Below, piece by piece: positions 1 to 14,300 of a DNA stretch of 64,000 bases. Below the pieces are notes generated by a model, which saw only the letters and a program-made list of their open reading frames with translations, was not told the origin of the DNA and ran no database searches. The DNA is taken from the NCBI RefSeq assembly GCF_036588685.1, contig NC_086383.1:20708001-20772000 (forward strand). Direction: 5' to 3'. The position numbers were made by a program, and so were the translations under genes. Each line of letters begins with the position of its first letter. Position 1 is the first letter of the stretch. This DNA is from Mytilus trossulus. Lineage: Eukaryota.

Positions 1-245
1 AAACTTAGGCTAAATGAGTTTCAGAGTATCTAGTAATTTAATATTTTATTTCCTTGTATGTCAAGAAACATAGCTCATATGGCTAAAATAGAACATAGGA
101 GAAAATGATTATCTTTTTTGGCTTTTGAAGAAAATAGGACGATTCTAAGAACATTTAAATAAATTGAAAAGCCAAAATAATCATTGATTAGAGATTTAAC
201 AAAAAATATTAAGGTGAGCGATTCAGGCTCTTGAGAGCCTCTTGT
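1..245. mobile_element. End of a non-autonomous Helentron-associated (HINE/pearl-like) element
   Basis: Terminal GGTGAGCGATTC followed by the short hairpin AGGCTC-TTGA-GAGCCT and CTTGTT; it truncates the adjacent LINE fragment. Confidence 0.4.
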
Positions 246-823
246 TTCTCAAATTCTTCATATGCGAATAATGTATTATTATCTGACACCAGATCATTGA
301 TAAAAAATATGCAATTTTCAATATATTTACCCTTCAAAATCATCTTGCCATCCATTTTGATGTCTGGATTTAGCCATATGGACTGGGCCAGAATATCGGT
401 GTTGTTTTCAACTTTCAATTTATTTTTCAATTTCGGAAAATTAACCAGGATATTAGCCAAAAGGGATTTTTTTGCTAAATAAAGCAATCCTCCCTTACTT
501 AAATGTAAAATGTTGTCCCCCCCCCCCCCCCCCCCAAATTTTTGTATATAACTAAGCAGCAAAACTTTCCAAGGAGAGTAATTTTGAGGGTCTAGTAATT
601 TATACAGCCAAGACATTTTTACGTTATAACAAAAATAGTAAATTTTAGGCATCTTAAGACCGCCATCACAGTGTTCAAACATAACCACTGTTCTTTTCAC
701 TTTATCTGGTTTTCCTTTCCATAAAAAATTGCAAAATATATTTTGAATCTCCTTTAAAACCCCATCTGGGGGGTTAGGGAGGACAGTCAGAACTTGAACC
801 AAAATGGGAAGTGTAATGGACAT
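246..823 (-). mobile_element. L1/Tx1-like non-LTR retrotransposon ORF2 fragment (region downstream of RT)
   Basis: Translation FLWKGKPDKVKR...GGLKMP...KMSWLYKLLD...W...IWLNPDIK is typical of Tx1/L1 ORF2. Confidence 0.8.
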
Positions 824-957
824 ATTTAATCATAAGACTCACACGACGATATTGATCGCTAGAAAGAAGTTAATGCAGTTGGTGCGTTTCTCTAACTGTT
901 TAGTTTATACGAAGTTTTGTCAGACCGTACAGAAATACAGAAATACAAACATAATAC

Positions 958-1206
958 AAAAAAGAAGATGTGGTATGATTGCCAATGAGACAACTATCCA
1001 CAAAAGACTAAAATGACACAAACATTAACAAATATAGGTCACCGTACGGCCTTCAACAATGAACAAAGCCCACACCGCATAGTCAGCTATAAAAGGCCCC
1101 GATAAGTCAATGTTAAACAATTCAAACGAGAAAACTAACGACCTTATTTATGTAAAAATTAACAAAAACAAATATGTAACACATAAACAAATGACAACCA
1201 CTGAAT
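958..1206 (+). repeat. Abundant dispersed repeat (AGAAGATGTGGTATGATTGCCAATGAGACAACT family)
   Basis: Related copies at ~7068, ~7592, ~23593, ~32212-32375 (minus) and ~37085 (minus). Confidence 0.75.
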
Positions 1207-2589
1207 GTATAACTCGTTAAAATAAGCTATACAACACAATGAATGACCAACTGCACTGTCTTAGATATATGTAAGCTACTATATTCTTGAAGAAATAACT
1301 GCAACATTTGCAGATTATCTCGTATTCCTAGCCAATCTTATAAAATGAGAAAGGATTTTAGCCATTTATACGCTTCAAACATACCTGCTAGAAAGAAAAA
1401 CACAAAAAGCCAATGATCAATACCTATTAAAGACTGCATTTCTTTAAGGGTAACTTTTTTTCAATAGAATATATCTGATCGCTCAGTTTTACAATTCTAT
1501 CATCTAGTAGTTTGACCAATATTCATCTAAATCAATTATCAAACCTAAAATTCAAGTTTTGTGCGAGGAACCTTAAGTCTTTTACAAATTCAGACAAGAT
1601 AACTCTAGTCTAGCAGACGATAATCTCAATTCATAAAATCGATTTAATACTCAATGAATCTTATAACCTTTAAATTGTTTAAAAAAATTACCTGTGACAA
1701 ATACATTGATTGAAAATGCATATTCTATAAATATTTCCTTGTAATGAGTTTTAAATAGATTGAAAGACGAAGAACATAAAAAGGTTGGTTCATTTTCAAT
1801 GTATCTATGCTTATCTGCTTTAAAGTGAGACAAAATGTTTAATTGTTAATTAACAGATATTAAATTTGTACGGCATATCTTTACGTAACCTCCTCCAGAG
1901 TGTTTCTGAAGAAAGTACAGATATGCACTTCAGACGCATAACATTCATACAGGGTTATGTTTTTATTGACAGTAGGCTTACAATTTGTTAAGCTATATAT
2001 TGCAGGTATAAACATACACAGCATTTATAATCATTTCAACTATAATTTAGTGTCGGATCATATCTAACATGCATTGCATCTAAGGTATGATACATGGTTA
2101 GAAAACTTTGGGGGACACTCATCTGAGATAAATATTTATGGAAGCGTTAATATCGTGGATGTGTTTGTAAATATGGAAAGGCGATCATTCCTTAGTGGCT
2201 TGAATCGATGTTGATTTACTTCTGAGGTTTTGACCATGTTTGCCTATTGTCACAGATTTACAACTTCGCACAGTTTCTGGTTTTGTAATACTACAGGTTT
2301 TTGTTTACCATGAAAAAAAACCTTCTCTGAACCTCATCTTATTTTACTAAATTAAGTGCTTACAATGTGTATAAACCGGTTATTCTAAACTGTTTAACAA
2401 TTATGTTTTACCTTTAAATTGTGTTAAACACTGACGTATGCATATATGGATTTCTAAAGATGTGTCCTTGTAATACAGTTTTAAATAGATTGTCAAACAA
2501 AAACCACATAACGGTTGGTTGATTGTTGAATTATGTTTATTTGTTTTAAAAGGATATTACCAATCTTATTTCAACTGATCGAGCGGATA

Positions 2590-3018
2590 AACTCATCATA
2601 GATACAAGGAATAAAATTGCATATTTACGCCAGACGAGGGTTTCGACTACAAAAGACTCATCAGTGATCTCGAATAAAAAAATGTAAAAGGCCAAATAAA
2701 GTACGAAGTTGAAGAGCATTGAGGACCAAAAACCCTAAACGTTTTGCCAAAGACAGCTAAGCCAATCTATTCCTGAGGTAGAAAGGTCCTATTTTTTTTT
2801 AGAATATTTAAAGTTTTGTTAAACAGTTAATTTATTATTATGAACATATTAATGATAACTCAAGTCAACAGCGAAGTGCTGACTACTGGGCTGGTGATAC
2901 CCTCGGGGTAATATATCTCCACCAGCAATGGCATCGACCCATGCCATGCCAGTGGTTGCAACAAAACTCATTATAGATACAAGGAATAAAATTTAAGATT
3001 TAAGCCAGACGCGCGTTT
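2590..3018 (-). mobile_element. Retrozyme-like repeat (about 1.1 units) with a degenerate hammerhead at 2628-2669
   Basis: Reverse complement reads CTGATGA-GTCT...GAAAC...GTC-TGGCG. The unit restarts about 375 bp later (AAACTCAT.ATAGATACAAGGAATAAAATT occurs twice). Confidence 0.75.
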
Positions 3019-4108
3019 TAATTTACATACGGACAGTCTATTTGAAGATTTGTGTGATAAGGATGATTGCCGTTATAACTATTATTGATTTCTAATCACC
3101 TACTAGTGTCATCAAACTATTTTACAAAAGAGAGAGACGTTGTAATCATCCTACTCGCTCCACACACTTAAAAGACTAAAAAACAGGGAGAAAGAGAGAA
3201 AAACGTTCGACAAAACATATATATATATGGTTTAGAACGAAAGATATTCTGATAATTCTGGTGGTGATTTATTAGCATTTGTTACTTAAATCTTTTAATT
3301 TCCTTAAATCAAATATGCATTAAACGAAATCTTTATGGAAATTTTTCAAAGAAAATTCTTCTTGCTGTCCAATAAAGGAAATCAATAGAGTGGAAGTACC
3401 ATTTGCAAGTTATCTTACTGCCCCCAGCCCAGCGTAAAAACAAAACAATATTCGGATTAAAGGGAATAAAAGGGTACATCAAAATGCTGTAGAATTACGA
3501 TATATGCCTATTTTGCATTTGCCGTTGTCATAGTTATATTTTAATACCCGCAACTTCAAAAGTGTAATAATTATAACATGTCCTTTAACTCCGTGTTGCA
3601 ACGGTTATGTCTAACTATTTTTTTGCGGAAAGACATAAAAATATTACAGTGTTTATCTTTTTAACCGGATCAGTGACAATAACTGGACACTTCATTGCGG
3701 AGTTTATCCCAAAACACCTATTTATAGATTGACTGGTCTGTGATGAGCGAACCGGTTAAACTCCACCCGTTCAAGTAAATTAAATCAAGTAATTCCAATA
3801 TGTTATCACACATTTGTAGCTTAAGAATGGTTGAGCTTATATTAGACGGAGTGCTTATATTTTCTTATATTCCAGTAAACCCTTCTGCGATAATAGGCAA
3901 AAGGTTTACACTACAAATAGTTTTTTTTTAATTCGTTTTCATGTGACTTCAATTTGAACCCTTGGCTTGAGTTGGAATACGCATGCATTATGCCTGTTCA
4001 GTTTTTTAAAGTAAAAGAATGTCAACATTGAAAGTGAAACAACAGTTATTCGTTTGATTGACTGATTTGATTCTCAAAAACTCATTCTTATACAAGGAAA
4101 ATGATAAA

Positions 4109-4660
4109 GGTGGCTCGCGGGTCTAAATCAAAATTTTATTTAATATAGGATTTCGCTATATTTTTCAACAAATGAACTTTATTTTATACTTAATCGAAAA
4201 ATGAAATAAAAAGATGAGGTCACCGTTCATCTAAGCTCACAATCTGCCTTCGAAAGAAGCATACATTTTTGTAAAGTAACTTTTTTTTTGTTGAGCTAAT
4301 AGAAAAAAAAAGGTAAGATCGAAATAAAAAAGAACAAAATTACATAAATTGCTCAATTTTACAAATGTTTAGTTTGAATACAGCTTGTTTGAAAATAATA
4401 ATATAAAATATAGATCACCGATGAGTTGAACAATATATTTCAATTTTAATGCCAAAAGTTTGCATTTTTGCACAAAACGTAGATACTTTGGAGTTTTCCC
4501 ACCGATATCAACATTTTAAAAGCCATCTGGGATTAACACAAATTGACTTTTTTAATAATTTGTGTACCGTATGAAAAAATAACAACTAATAAAGGTAATG
4601 GATAAAATTTGTAATGAAAAATAGTTTTTTTTCTCGAAATTTTTAGACCCTCGAGCCTCC
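4109..4660. mobile_element. MITE with TIRs and TTAA-like flanks (Kolobok-like)
   Basis: Left TAAA|GGTGGCTCGCGGGTCTAAA; right TTTAGACCCTCGAGCCTCC|TTAA (19-bp imperfect inverted repeats). Confidence 0.7.
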
Positions 4661-7067
4661 TTAACATGCATTTTTCATCTTTAGTTCGAAATGAGACAGA
4701 CCTAAGAAATTAATTTGCTCAAGTTGCTATCTATTTAAATTAATTAGATGGCGTCTGATTAAAATACACGCGATACGGTGATACATATTATCGAGCCCTT
4801 GCCTTGTATATTGGTTATGTCTAAATAAGAAAAAGACTAACAGACAAACATCTGTACACATACCACAACACAGTAAACTGAAGACTCAACAACCTAAACC
4901 AAATCAAAAACTGTTGGTGATCTTAGGTGGTCCTGAATGGTAAGCAGGTCCTGCTTAAAGCGAAGTCTTGAAAATATACAATATAAATAAAAAAAAACAT
5001 AACTAAGTATCCTTTTAAAATCAATAAAATTATACCTTATACCGTTAATGCATGACTGGCGTATAAAATGTTCATTGTGGTGTCCAGGATACATTAATTC
5101 TAAGAGATTTTCCTCGTTACTTATGTATAAAAAAAAGTTTATCATAATTCATAGGTAATATATCCACACCGTCGTAAATATTTAGTTATCAGTCATTGAT
5201 TAGTTTTGCATATTGTGTTGCACCTTTCCTGATTATTTTAATTGAAATCACTTTAAGAGAGTTGTATGAGATAACATGCTACTGACTTGGGATATGCCCA
5301 TATAAAATTCGGGTGCTATTTAATCGGTTAAAGTAAACCGCATCTCAAGGACACATGGATTTAAATATCAACCTATAATCATTTGATACGTACGCTTTTT
5401 CGTCAATAACACTGACACATATATTCATTGAAAAATACCAATATAAAAATTATTTTTGTAATGCAATGTTGAAGACGATACGCGTTAAAATGAGGAGAAA
5501 AAAATATGACAGGCAATATCATATAAATGTCAAATAAAGTGGAGATCATGTTACTTCAAAATTTAAAATAAAAAAAATATGGTTCACCAAGATTTTCAGG
5601 AATACTGATTTTACATGTTGTGCAAAGATTTTTTGATTTTTACGCGCCTTTATTTAAATAATATAACAGAGAGAAAAAAATGAAAATTAACATACAGGGT
5701 CACTGAAGAAAGGGTCACCGTACCGGTTTTCTTGGTACACCAAAACATGTTATTATCTATTTATAGATATGATTACAATTAGTATTGTCAAATCCTACAG
5801 TTTTGCCAAACCGGATTCTCAGATAATCGTTCTACCGATTAACAGGTTAACCGGTAGTTTAGTTTGATTTTTGAGGACCTTGTCTATAGCTCCCCACACA
5901 TGTACGTTTTTTTTATTCTGATACGATGAATTGAAATTTGTCCTTTCACATTACAAGGTTTTTTTGTGAGGATCCCATAAACCTTGCCTAAAATGGCGTT
6001 TTGTTATAATTTTAGATTAAAATTTAAAATATGATTCTTTATCTCGTCAAATTGAAAATGTCATAAAACAATGATTCTTTTATTTTCTCTTGATGCCCCA
6101 GAAAATAATGTGCAGTGTTTCAATTTGAAATGATTTAGCCTGATACTTGTTAAAATAAAGTATATACAATAGTTACACCAACGTTGATTTGCATTTCACA
6201 ATTTTGGGGTAGACATTTCGTTTAAAGTACGACAACGCCTTGCATGGTCCATTCAGATGTAGTTCTACGCCATATTAGAATAAATATAAAGAAGTAAATC
6301 GTAAAATTAAATAGGATTACTTATTTAAAGTTACTATTTGAAATAAAACCCGTGTATACTAATTACGTTTACTCAATATTTTGTCCTGATCTAATAGACG
6401 AGTTGTCTAAGTTTTAATGAAGTTTGTGTTTTTTGTTTAACAATAGCAATTAGTATACTGGACAAAAGGTCGGTCAAATTAATTACGACGATATTTTTAT
6501 ATAGATCAAAAATTTTCTCCACGTAGCGGGGATACGCTAATATAACCACTACACAACGGCTTTCCTTTGTCAGCCTAAATTCCATTAGCCATGGAGTGTT
6601 GATAGTGCTAATTGATTTTGAAAGAAAAAAATTAATGAACAAAATCATTTTACAACTGTTATGACAAAGTCTAATTATTTAATTCAAATGGAAATGAAAC
6701 GAACATATATATATTTAAAGAAAACATAGTCGCATCATCTCACCTTTTGACCCGTTCTCCATGATTCTGTGGTGAATTTTTTTATACAGAGCACGGTCTG
6801 TCAACTTCGAAAACAAACCTGAAAGTTCCAAAGTCTGTTGTTTCGTTGTATTCCCCTTATATTTGATGTGTTCCCTCGGTTTTAGTTTGTATCCCGGATT
6901 TGTTTTCTCTCTATCGATGTATGACTTTCGAACAGCGGTATAATACTGTTGCCTTTATTTCTTCAACAATCACTTAATGATCACTTGATGATATAATTAT
7001 TCGACTGTGCGTAATGGAATCATAATAAATGTAAAGAACGGTACACAGAAAATACATACCTTATAAA

Positions 7068-7420
7068 CAGAAGATGTAGTATGATTGCCAACTCTCAACA
7101 AGATACAAAAATGACACAGATATCAACAACTATAGGTCACAGTACGGCCTTCAACAATGAGCAAAACCAAAACCGTATAATCAACTATAAAAGACCACGA
7201 AATAACAATGTAAAACAAATATGTAACATACATACAAACGAAAATCACTGAGAGTGTGGTGGGGTTAAACATGTTAGCGGACCCCAGTCTCCCCTAATCC
7301 GGGACAGTGGTGTTACAGTACAACATAAGAACAAACTTAACAATAAGTTAAAAAGGCTTAACCCACCAGAGGAATAACAAGAAAGATACTACAAATAGGT
7401 GGACGTGGCCGGGTACTTGT
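7068..7420 (+). repeat. Copy of the dispersed AGAAGATGTGGTATG repeat family
   Basis: Colinear similarity to 958-1206 and to ~23593-23830. Confidence 0.65.
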
Positions 7421-8023
7421 AATTCAGACGCAAGCATAACTTACATGACACTATGTGTACATAATACAATAGTAATACAAAGTTAGACCCTATTTGAATA
7501 ATTTCACCACAAAAGCTCTTGATGACTGGCTTGAAATTTGGGTATTGACATGCATGAGTTTAAGTTATGTATTATCGGTGACTTTGGTTATAAAAAAGAT
7601 GATGTGGTATGTTTGCCGATGAGACAACTCTCCACAAGAGACCAAAATGACACAGAAATTACAACTATAGGTCACTGTACGGCGTTCAATGATTCTTACA
7701 TGTGATTAAAATTCACAAGTAAAAAATATGTGTAAAATATTTAAATGTTGTCATTTTAACTGTGCAATCACCGTAAATAATTGTTATAAATGAAAGATCT
7801 AACAGTTAGAGTTAATTGCATTGCTAACTAACAACTATACTTTACAATCTCATGTTCCTACAATTTTTCAGTTTGCATTTAGTCTGAAAAGGGCCTCCTG
7901 TTCACTTTCGTCTATATTGTTTGATATTCTTAATGATCTAAATATGTTTCTTTACAGATACGATTTTCCCAGGGCTGTTATCATTTATTGACCATCGTTT
8001 TCTAAGGTATTTTAGAAAATAAA

Positions 8024-8371
8024 ATGCTGCTGGAAAAAGAATTATCTGATTTTAATTCCGATATGTATTTGAACTTAATAATGGAATTTAACAATGATAT
8101 TGAATTCGGTGAACTCAATAAATTTTCTGAAGAAGAAGATTTGAAAACTTTAGATGTTGACCAGCTGATGAATCGTTTAGAAAAAAGCTTGTCAGTGTCC
8201 CTTGATAAAGTAGAAAAAATGTTACACAAGAAACTTGAGGCTTGTGATTTAATTCGGTTGTGTCATATTGGAATAGAGATAGCCAATGCTAAATTTGAAT
8301 CCAGTAAGAAACAAAGGTCAGCTGAATGTGACGGAAGTACACCAAATAAAAAGAAATTAATGGAAATCAGA
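8024..8371 (+). CDS. Putative first coding exon of the STAND-ankyrin gene (acidic helical, death-effector-domain-like)
   Basis: Open frame from ATG 8024; donor AGA|GTAGGT at 8372 (phase 0) matches the next exon. The start codon is uncertain: there is an acceptor TTTACAG at 7957 and an in-frame stop at 8003. Confidence 0.55.
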
Positions 8372-11300
8372 GTAGGTTAAGATTTATACAAGAAGTGTTT
8401 CAGTTCATTATTTCATGTACACTGGTTGAATTCATGACACAGTTGTCCATTGATCTAATATAGATATGATGTTTTACGATCATGATATATTTTTTGAAAG
8501 ATACGCAGCGTAAAGTTAGGGTAATGGAAAGTAAAATCACTCAAAAAAATGAACTATAAGGAAATTTAAATTGGAAAGCCCCTTACTAATTGGCAAAAAT
8601 AAAAGCTCAAACACATCAAACGAATGTATAACAGCTGTCATATTCCTGACTTGATATTAAGATGTTTAGTTATGTTTGAAAATATCTGACAGTTATTCAG
8701 CTTATGTATTCTTCCTTATAGTCTAAAGGTAAAATCAAATATTGTTTTTTTTCTTAAGAAAATAAGAAGTCTTTTTTCCTCGGTTATACAATTAAATAGT
8801 CAATAAAGTTAACTGAACAATAAGCAGAGAAATCCATATTATAATTTGAAAATTAAAGTATATTGACAAAAAATTATCTTAACTGTTGTTAACAAGATTC
8901 CAAAATCAACCATAAGAAATGTGTATCTGACGCAAATGTTACTTTCATCAGTAAAGTAAAGTAATAAAATCAGACAGGGGGTAGCATCCGTCCATTTCCA
9001 TGCAATTACTTTCGTACATTCATAATGAAAATTTAACATTTGATTTGACAACTTGATGGTGAATTATTTCATTGCACTAAAACTAAGTTGAAATGCCGCG
9101 AAATCAATCAGCTGATATTTAGCAGCTGTTGTACATAAAAATTTAAAATATTTTTCCTTCAGATTTTAAACCCGATACAGAATGCCATTCCGATCGATTT
9201 AGAGAGAAGATTAACCGAAATGGAATATTCGTCACATACAGGTAAGTCAAATTACCTCATTTCAATATTGAGTGTTGCCTAATTTATTTTGATATTTACA
9301 AAATGAAAGCAGGTAGTGATTGTATGTGCACAATATTTCAACATCAAATTCATTTAGAAAACCTACTTAAATAGTGCTTTTATTGAATAATATACAATAT
9401 TAGTCTTTTAAAGCTGTAAAAATGTAGTTTGATTGACTTCAGAAAAAAGTGATGTTCAGCATAAACGATGGCAATAACACCACAAGTAAATAATTTCAAC
9501 TGTATACCTTAACAAAGACAGCACACATGTTATCATAGCCATGAATGTTAACTTGACCTTTGACTTGACTTATGGTTGTATATGACATTTAGCTCAGCGA
9601 AACTCACAGTAAGTCGTTTCTTTAGACAGGAAGTGACATTTTGCTCGTTGGATATTATTCTAAAACATTTTCTACATGAATACGCTGTTTTTTCAAATTT
9701 AAATTCAATAAGTTAAACTCACTACACCAACACATATAAAGTATAACTTAATAAAGACAACGGTTGCATACCGCTATTTAAAAGCCATATTTCGATGAAG
9801 CGATACACATCTGCATAACATACTTAAACCGAGGGAACACATCAACTATAAAAGGAAAACATTTCCGCGACAATCCTTACTTCAAGTAAGTGTAAACGTA
9901 GTTTATGCTGAGACTGTACGATCGTTGAGAATGTAATAAAATAATCAATAACGATAGTACAAAATCTGTATCAGGTCCACCAGGAGATTTGGATGATAAC
10001 AAGAAAAGATGGCTCGTGGTTGGAATAGGTTTGCATAGTATCTTATCGCCAGCCTTACGAAAGTATGTGGAGCCTGTTCTTACCAACTTCTACAAAGCAC
10101 TCAAGCTATCTGATCAAATCGACAAACAATCTCATCCGAGATATCTTCGGACAAATGGCGTCAGAAATGTGTACCTTAATTATGAAGCAATCAATATGAA
10201 TAAGACAACGCATGGTTATCGACAACAACTTTATGATTACAAGGTACAGAATGCTGTTGACTTGTCGAAGTTGTTCCTCCCGACACACATGACACATTAC
10301 TCAGCGTTTGATGAATCATGTGATTCATCGGCTTTGCTTGGCTTGATCGACAAAATAGACAAGTTTCCTGGAAATGTGCGAACGGCTGCAAACGATGTAA
10401 GTTCTCATATGTCGAAAATTATTTTAATATACTTAATTCGGACAATTAGAGTTTTTGGATGGATAATATGTAGATGTATATGAATAAACACTATAAAGCC
10501 ACTTGAGTTAAAAAATAAATAAAACAAAGGACACAATTTACGATATTTATATTGAGTATCTGTGCTATGGAAATACAACAAAGTATATTCCCCAAAAACG
10601 TTGTTAAGTCCCTTTACGAATAAAATGATGAAATTTCCTTTCGATGCTTCCTCTTACATTTTCTACCTTTTTAGTTAGTTATTAATACATTGATTTCTAT
10701 AAGTATTTATCCCAATCTTTTTTTTTTACAATCTTTCACCCAAATGTCACACTTAACTAAGATGACCGAAATGCTAATGAAAACTGTTAATCAGCATTAC
10801 TGTTGGATTGGCTCATCATGATGAAATTTGAAATATAAAGTGTAAATTTCAAATTTTGTGTTACAGTGTAACCTTACTATCAGGATACAAGATTTTGCTA
10901 GAAATTTTCTATATGTACATTCTTAGAAGTTTACAAATTCTAACACCAATTCACAAGTTTTAAAAGAAGATATGTCAGATTTAACGCTTACTAGATGTAA
11001 AATACGAAGTACTATTTACGTTTAAAACTATGTATACTCTACTTTCTATTGAATTATGACAAAGCAATTAATATGATATAAAAAAATCCTTAAATCTCAA
11101 GCGTAAAGTTCTAGTTAACGTCCAACAACTACATTTGTTAAACATTACTGTGCCCATTTCAACAATATATATTCGTTACATGAAGATTGGAATGTTGGCA
11201 ATAAAAAAATCTCATATTTTTCTAGACAATGCACATGCATCGCATGCATATACTCACCAAACAGATATCAATTTATATTACATGTGTACTTCAGGTCAGA

Positions 11301-14300
11301 ACGACTATTAGAAATGAATGGGCTCACTGTAATTTCACAGTCTGGGATGATGCGAAGTATGTCCAGTCATTACAGCTAATTGAACATGTCATTTATCTTC
11401 TGAATTTAAATGCAGTTGAGAAAAAGCGAATGATTGAGGAACTAGATAAATGGAGAAAGAATGGTAATTAACTGTACTTTGGTTTATTTAAAAATATATC
11501 GATTACTCCTTGTATAACTGTTAACCAATTCATAAGCCATTTCGCTATTAACATTAACAAAATGAAAAAAAAATACACATACTTATTAAATATATCTAAC
11601 AAGTGTGGACACATATAATAGTGGATAATGGTTGTAAGGAAGTAGTTACTGAGCTTGAGTCATGATACATTTGGGCTGCTGAACTGTTTTAAGCATTATA
11701 TGAAAAAAGTGCAGGTGTTTTAAGCTTAACTACATTGTATAGTTTTGTTGGTGCTTACCACCCTAGTAGTACCTTTTGTACATGCTATGATTTGAATATT
11801 TATATTAGTTTTGATAATAGGCTGATTGTCCTGATAAGGACTAACTTTGCAATTTAGATTGTAATAAATGATTATTAAACTTTGTTAATGAACACAGAAT
11901 AAAATTAAACTGATCACAGATCGTAAATCAACACAAATCATTAAACTGATTAAATTGATTAAAAATGATACAGATTCAGAACCAATATGTATGATAACCG
12001 AATTTCAAATTTGGCCCAAAAATTACTGCAAATTTAAAAGTTATCATACATATTTTTAAATTACTGAAAACTTGACTAAGGAATAAGGTACTAAGAAAAA
12101 CAAGACAAATTTGACATCGAACAAGTTACCATGGCAATGAATCATGACCTAATTTGCATATTTTGTTAAATTTCGTGATTTTCCTTGTTTTTTCATCAAA
12201 TTTTAAGTATATTTAAGATTGAAAAAGTATGTGTGCACCCAAGAAACAACTTTATATTTGGTGAGATTATGCCAATAGTTATAATAAAGCTTCTGTTAAA
12301 TTATTTTGTTGTTTCTCAGCTGCGCAGGATGTTTCCTCAAAGGAAATAATGATAGAAAACTGCATAAATTCTATATTTTTCATCGTTTTTGTGAAAAAAA
12401 TACATATTATGACGTAATTGTGACGTCAGCAGATAAAAATCTTTCCGTTTTTAATTTATATTTCTTGACCCTATGCATTTCTAAACATTATGTGCCAATT
12501 TGAAATGGTTATCAAACATTTTATTTTCTTGGGCCAAAACTAGGCCTTAATGCCCCTACTCCTTTGTATCAACTACACATCAAGAATGAATATACTGGTA
12601 AAAATTCTTTTATTTCTCATTTACATACTCACAAAAGGAACAAGTTTCTTGCAAGGATACACCATTAGCTTTGAATTAGTCAATGAAATCAGTCAGAAGA
12701 TACAGATACTTGTGGAATATACTGAAGTTATATCCAAGACTGCTGATAAAGAATTTGGAAAAGTACATGAAGCTCTGATAGATATAGGGGAAACGCTCAG
12801 CCAGTATGACGAAAGAATATCAACGCTTGAAAATGTAAGTTACACACGAATAAGATCATACACAACATGATATGGTATTATTATTTTGTGCAGTTGGTTG
12901 TACATTTGTATGAACAAGGAATGTCTCTTAAAGGGTCTGAGCTTTTTATTTATCAATGTAGAGTTTTATTAACAGAAACGGTCATATTATAATATAAATA
13001 TTGTCACACGACATCATTGTACTAGTGTAATCATAACTCACATTAGTGTCAACGAACACTGTACACTCTCAGCAAATTGCTATTTGCACTTTATAAGTCA
13101 AAAAGTCCTATTCAAATATTTAGTACATTTGCGCATTTGATAGTGTTTATTTCGTCAATAGGGAATAGATTACCTGCCCTGGTTGTACAACGCGTCTTCC
13201 TTGCAAATTATCATTCTATATGTGTATGTTAGACACATGTATTGTCTAGATAAGTCTCATGCGTAAACGTATATGTTCGCTGTATAAGACAATTGAAAAC
13301 AAGAATTTCTTAAATATTTGATCAAATACGCATATTGCCTTCAATGTCAGGGTCAGTAAAATCTTTGCACTTTCAATAAAAGAGGGATAAAAGGTACCAG
13401 AGGGACAGTCCAAACTCATTGATGAAAATAAACTTACAACGCTATGGCTAAAAATAAAAAGACAATAGAAAAATAATAGTACAGAAGACAAAACATAGAA
13501 AACTAAAGACACGCACTCCACAAACACTCGGGGTGATCTTATGTGCTCTGGAAAGGTAGGCAGATCCTGCACCACATTTGTCACCCATCATATTGCTTAT
13601 GTTATTACAAATCCGGTAAAAAGTCTAATTCGGTATGTCACAATCATGAAAAAGGAAGGGTATTTTAGTAACGACATAAGGAACATATCTCATATCATCT
13701 GTGAAACAGTTATCCACAACGGTCAAACAACTAGTAATGGCGTCCGTAAAATTTACGTAGGGATGATTTCAACATCACCATTTGGAACTCTTGCTTAAAT
13801 AGCTTCCTTGTGATCAGCAATCCTATATCAAGGAAACATGATAGGAAATACAAGCCCAGGAATTTCCTTAGAACTGGAAAGTTGACAATTGGGAAGCTGA
13901 AATCATCTCTTTTAAAGTTTTGTTTTCAATGGACCATCATTGTCAATTTCTAGATGGAAGTCAAGATATGACGCAGACTCAATTTTATCTGAAGTATCCT
14001 TTATCTCTGGTTCGATGGGATAGATTCAATCAATAAAGTCACATAAAAGAGCGTACCTACCAAGACATGTTAGTGGTCTCGATCCTAAGGATTTCCTTGT
14101 AACTATGTATAGTTTGTTGTATGTTGTAGGATTTTGTGATATCGTTAAAAGGGTTTGAATTGGTTTGTGTGTCTTTTACCGAAGGGCAATTTATTTTACA
14201 AAAGGGTTCATACATGTATCTTAATAAAAACACTATACTCAAACAAAGGGTATTCACAGCACATAGAAGTTTATTCTATACTGTACACTCTCAGCAAATA

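Noticed and set aside
517-535. Poly-C run giving poly-Gly in the LINE fragment
   Set aside because: Homopolymer expansion in a dead element; no functional inference is justified.
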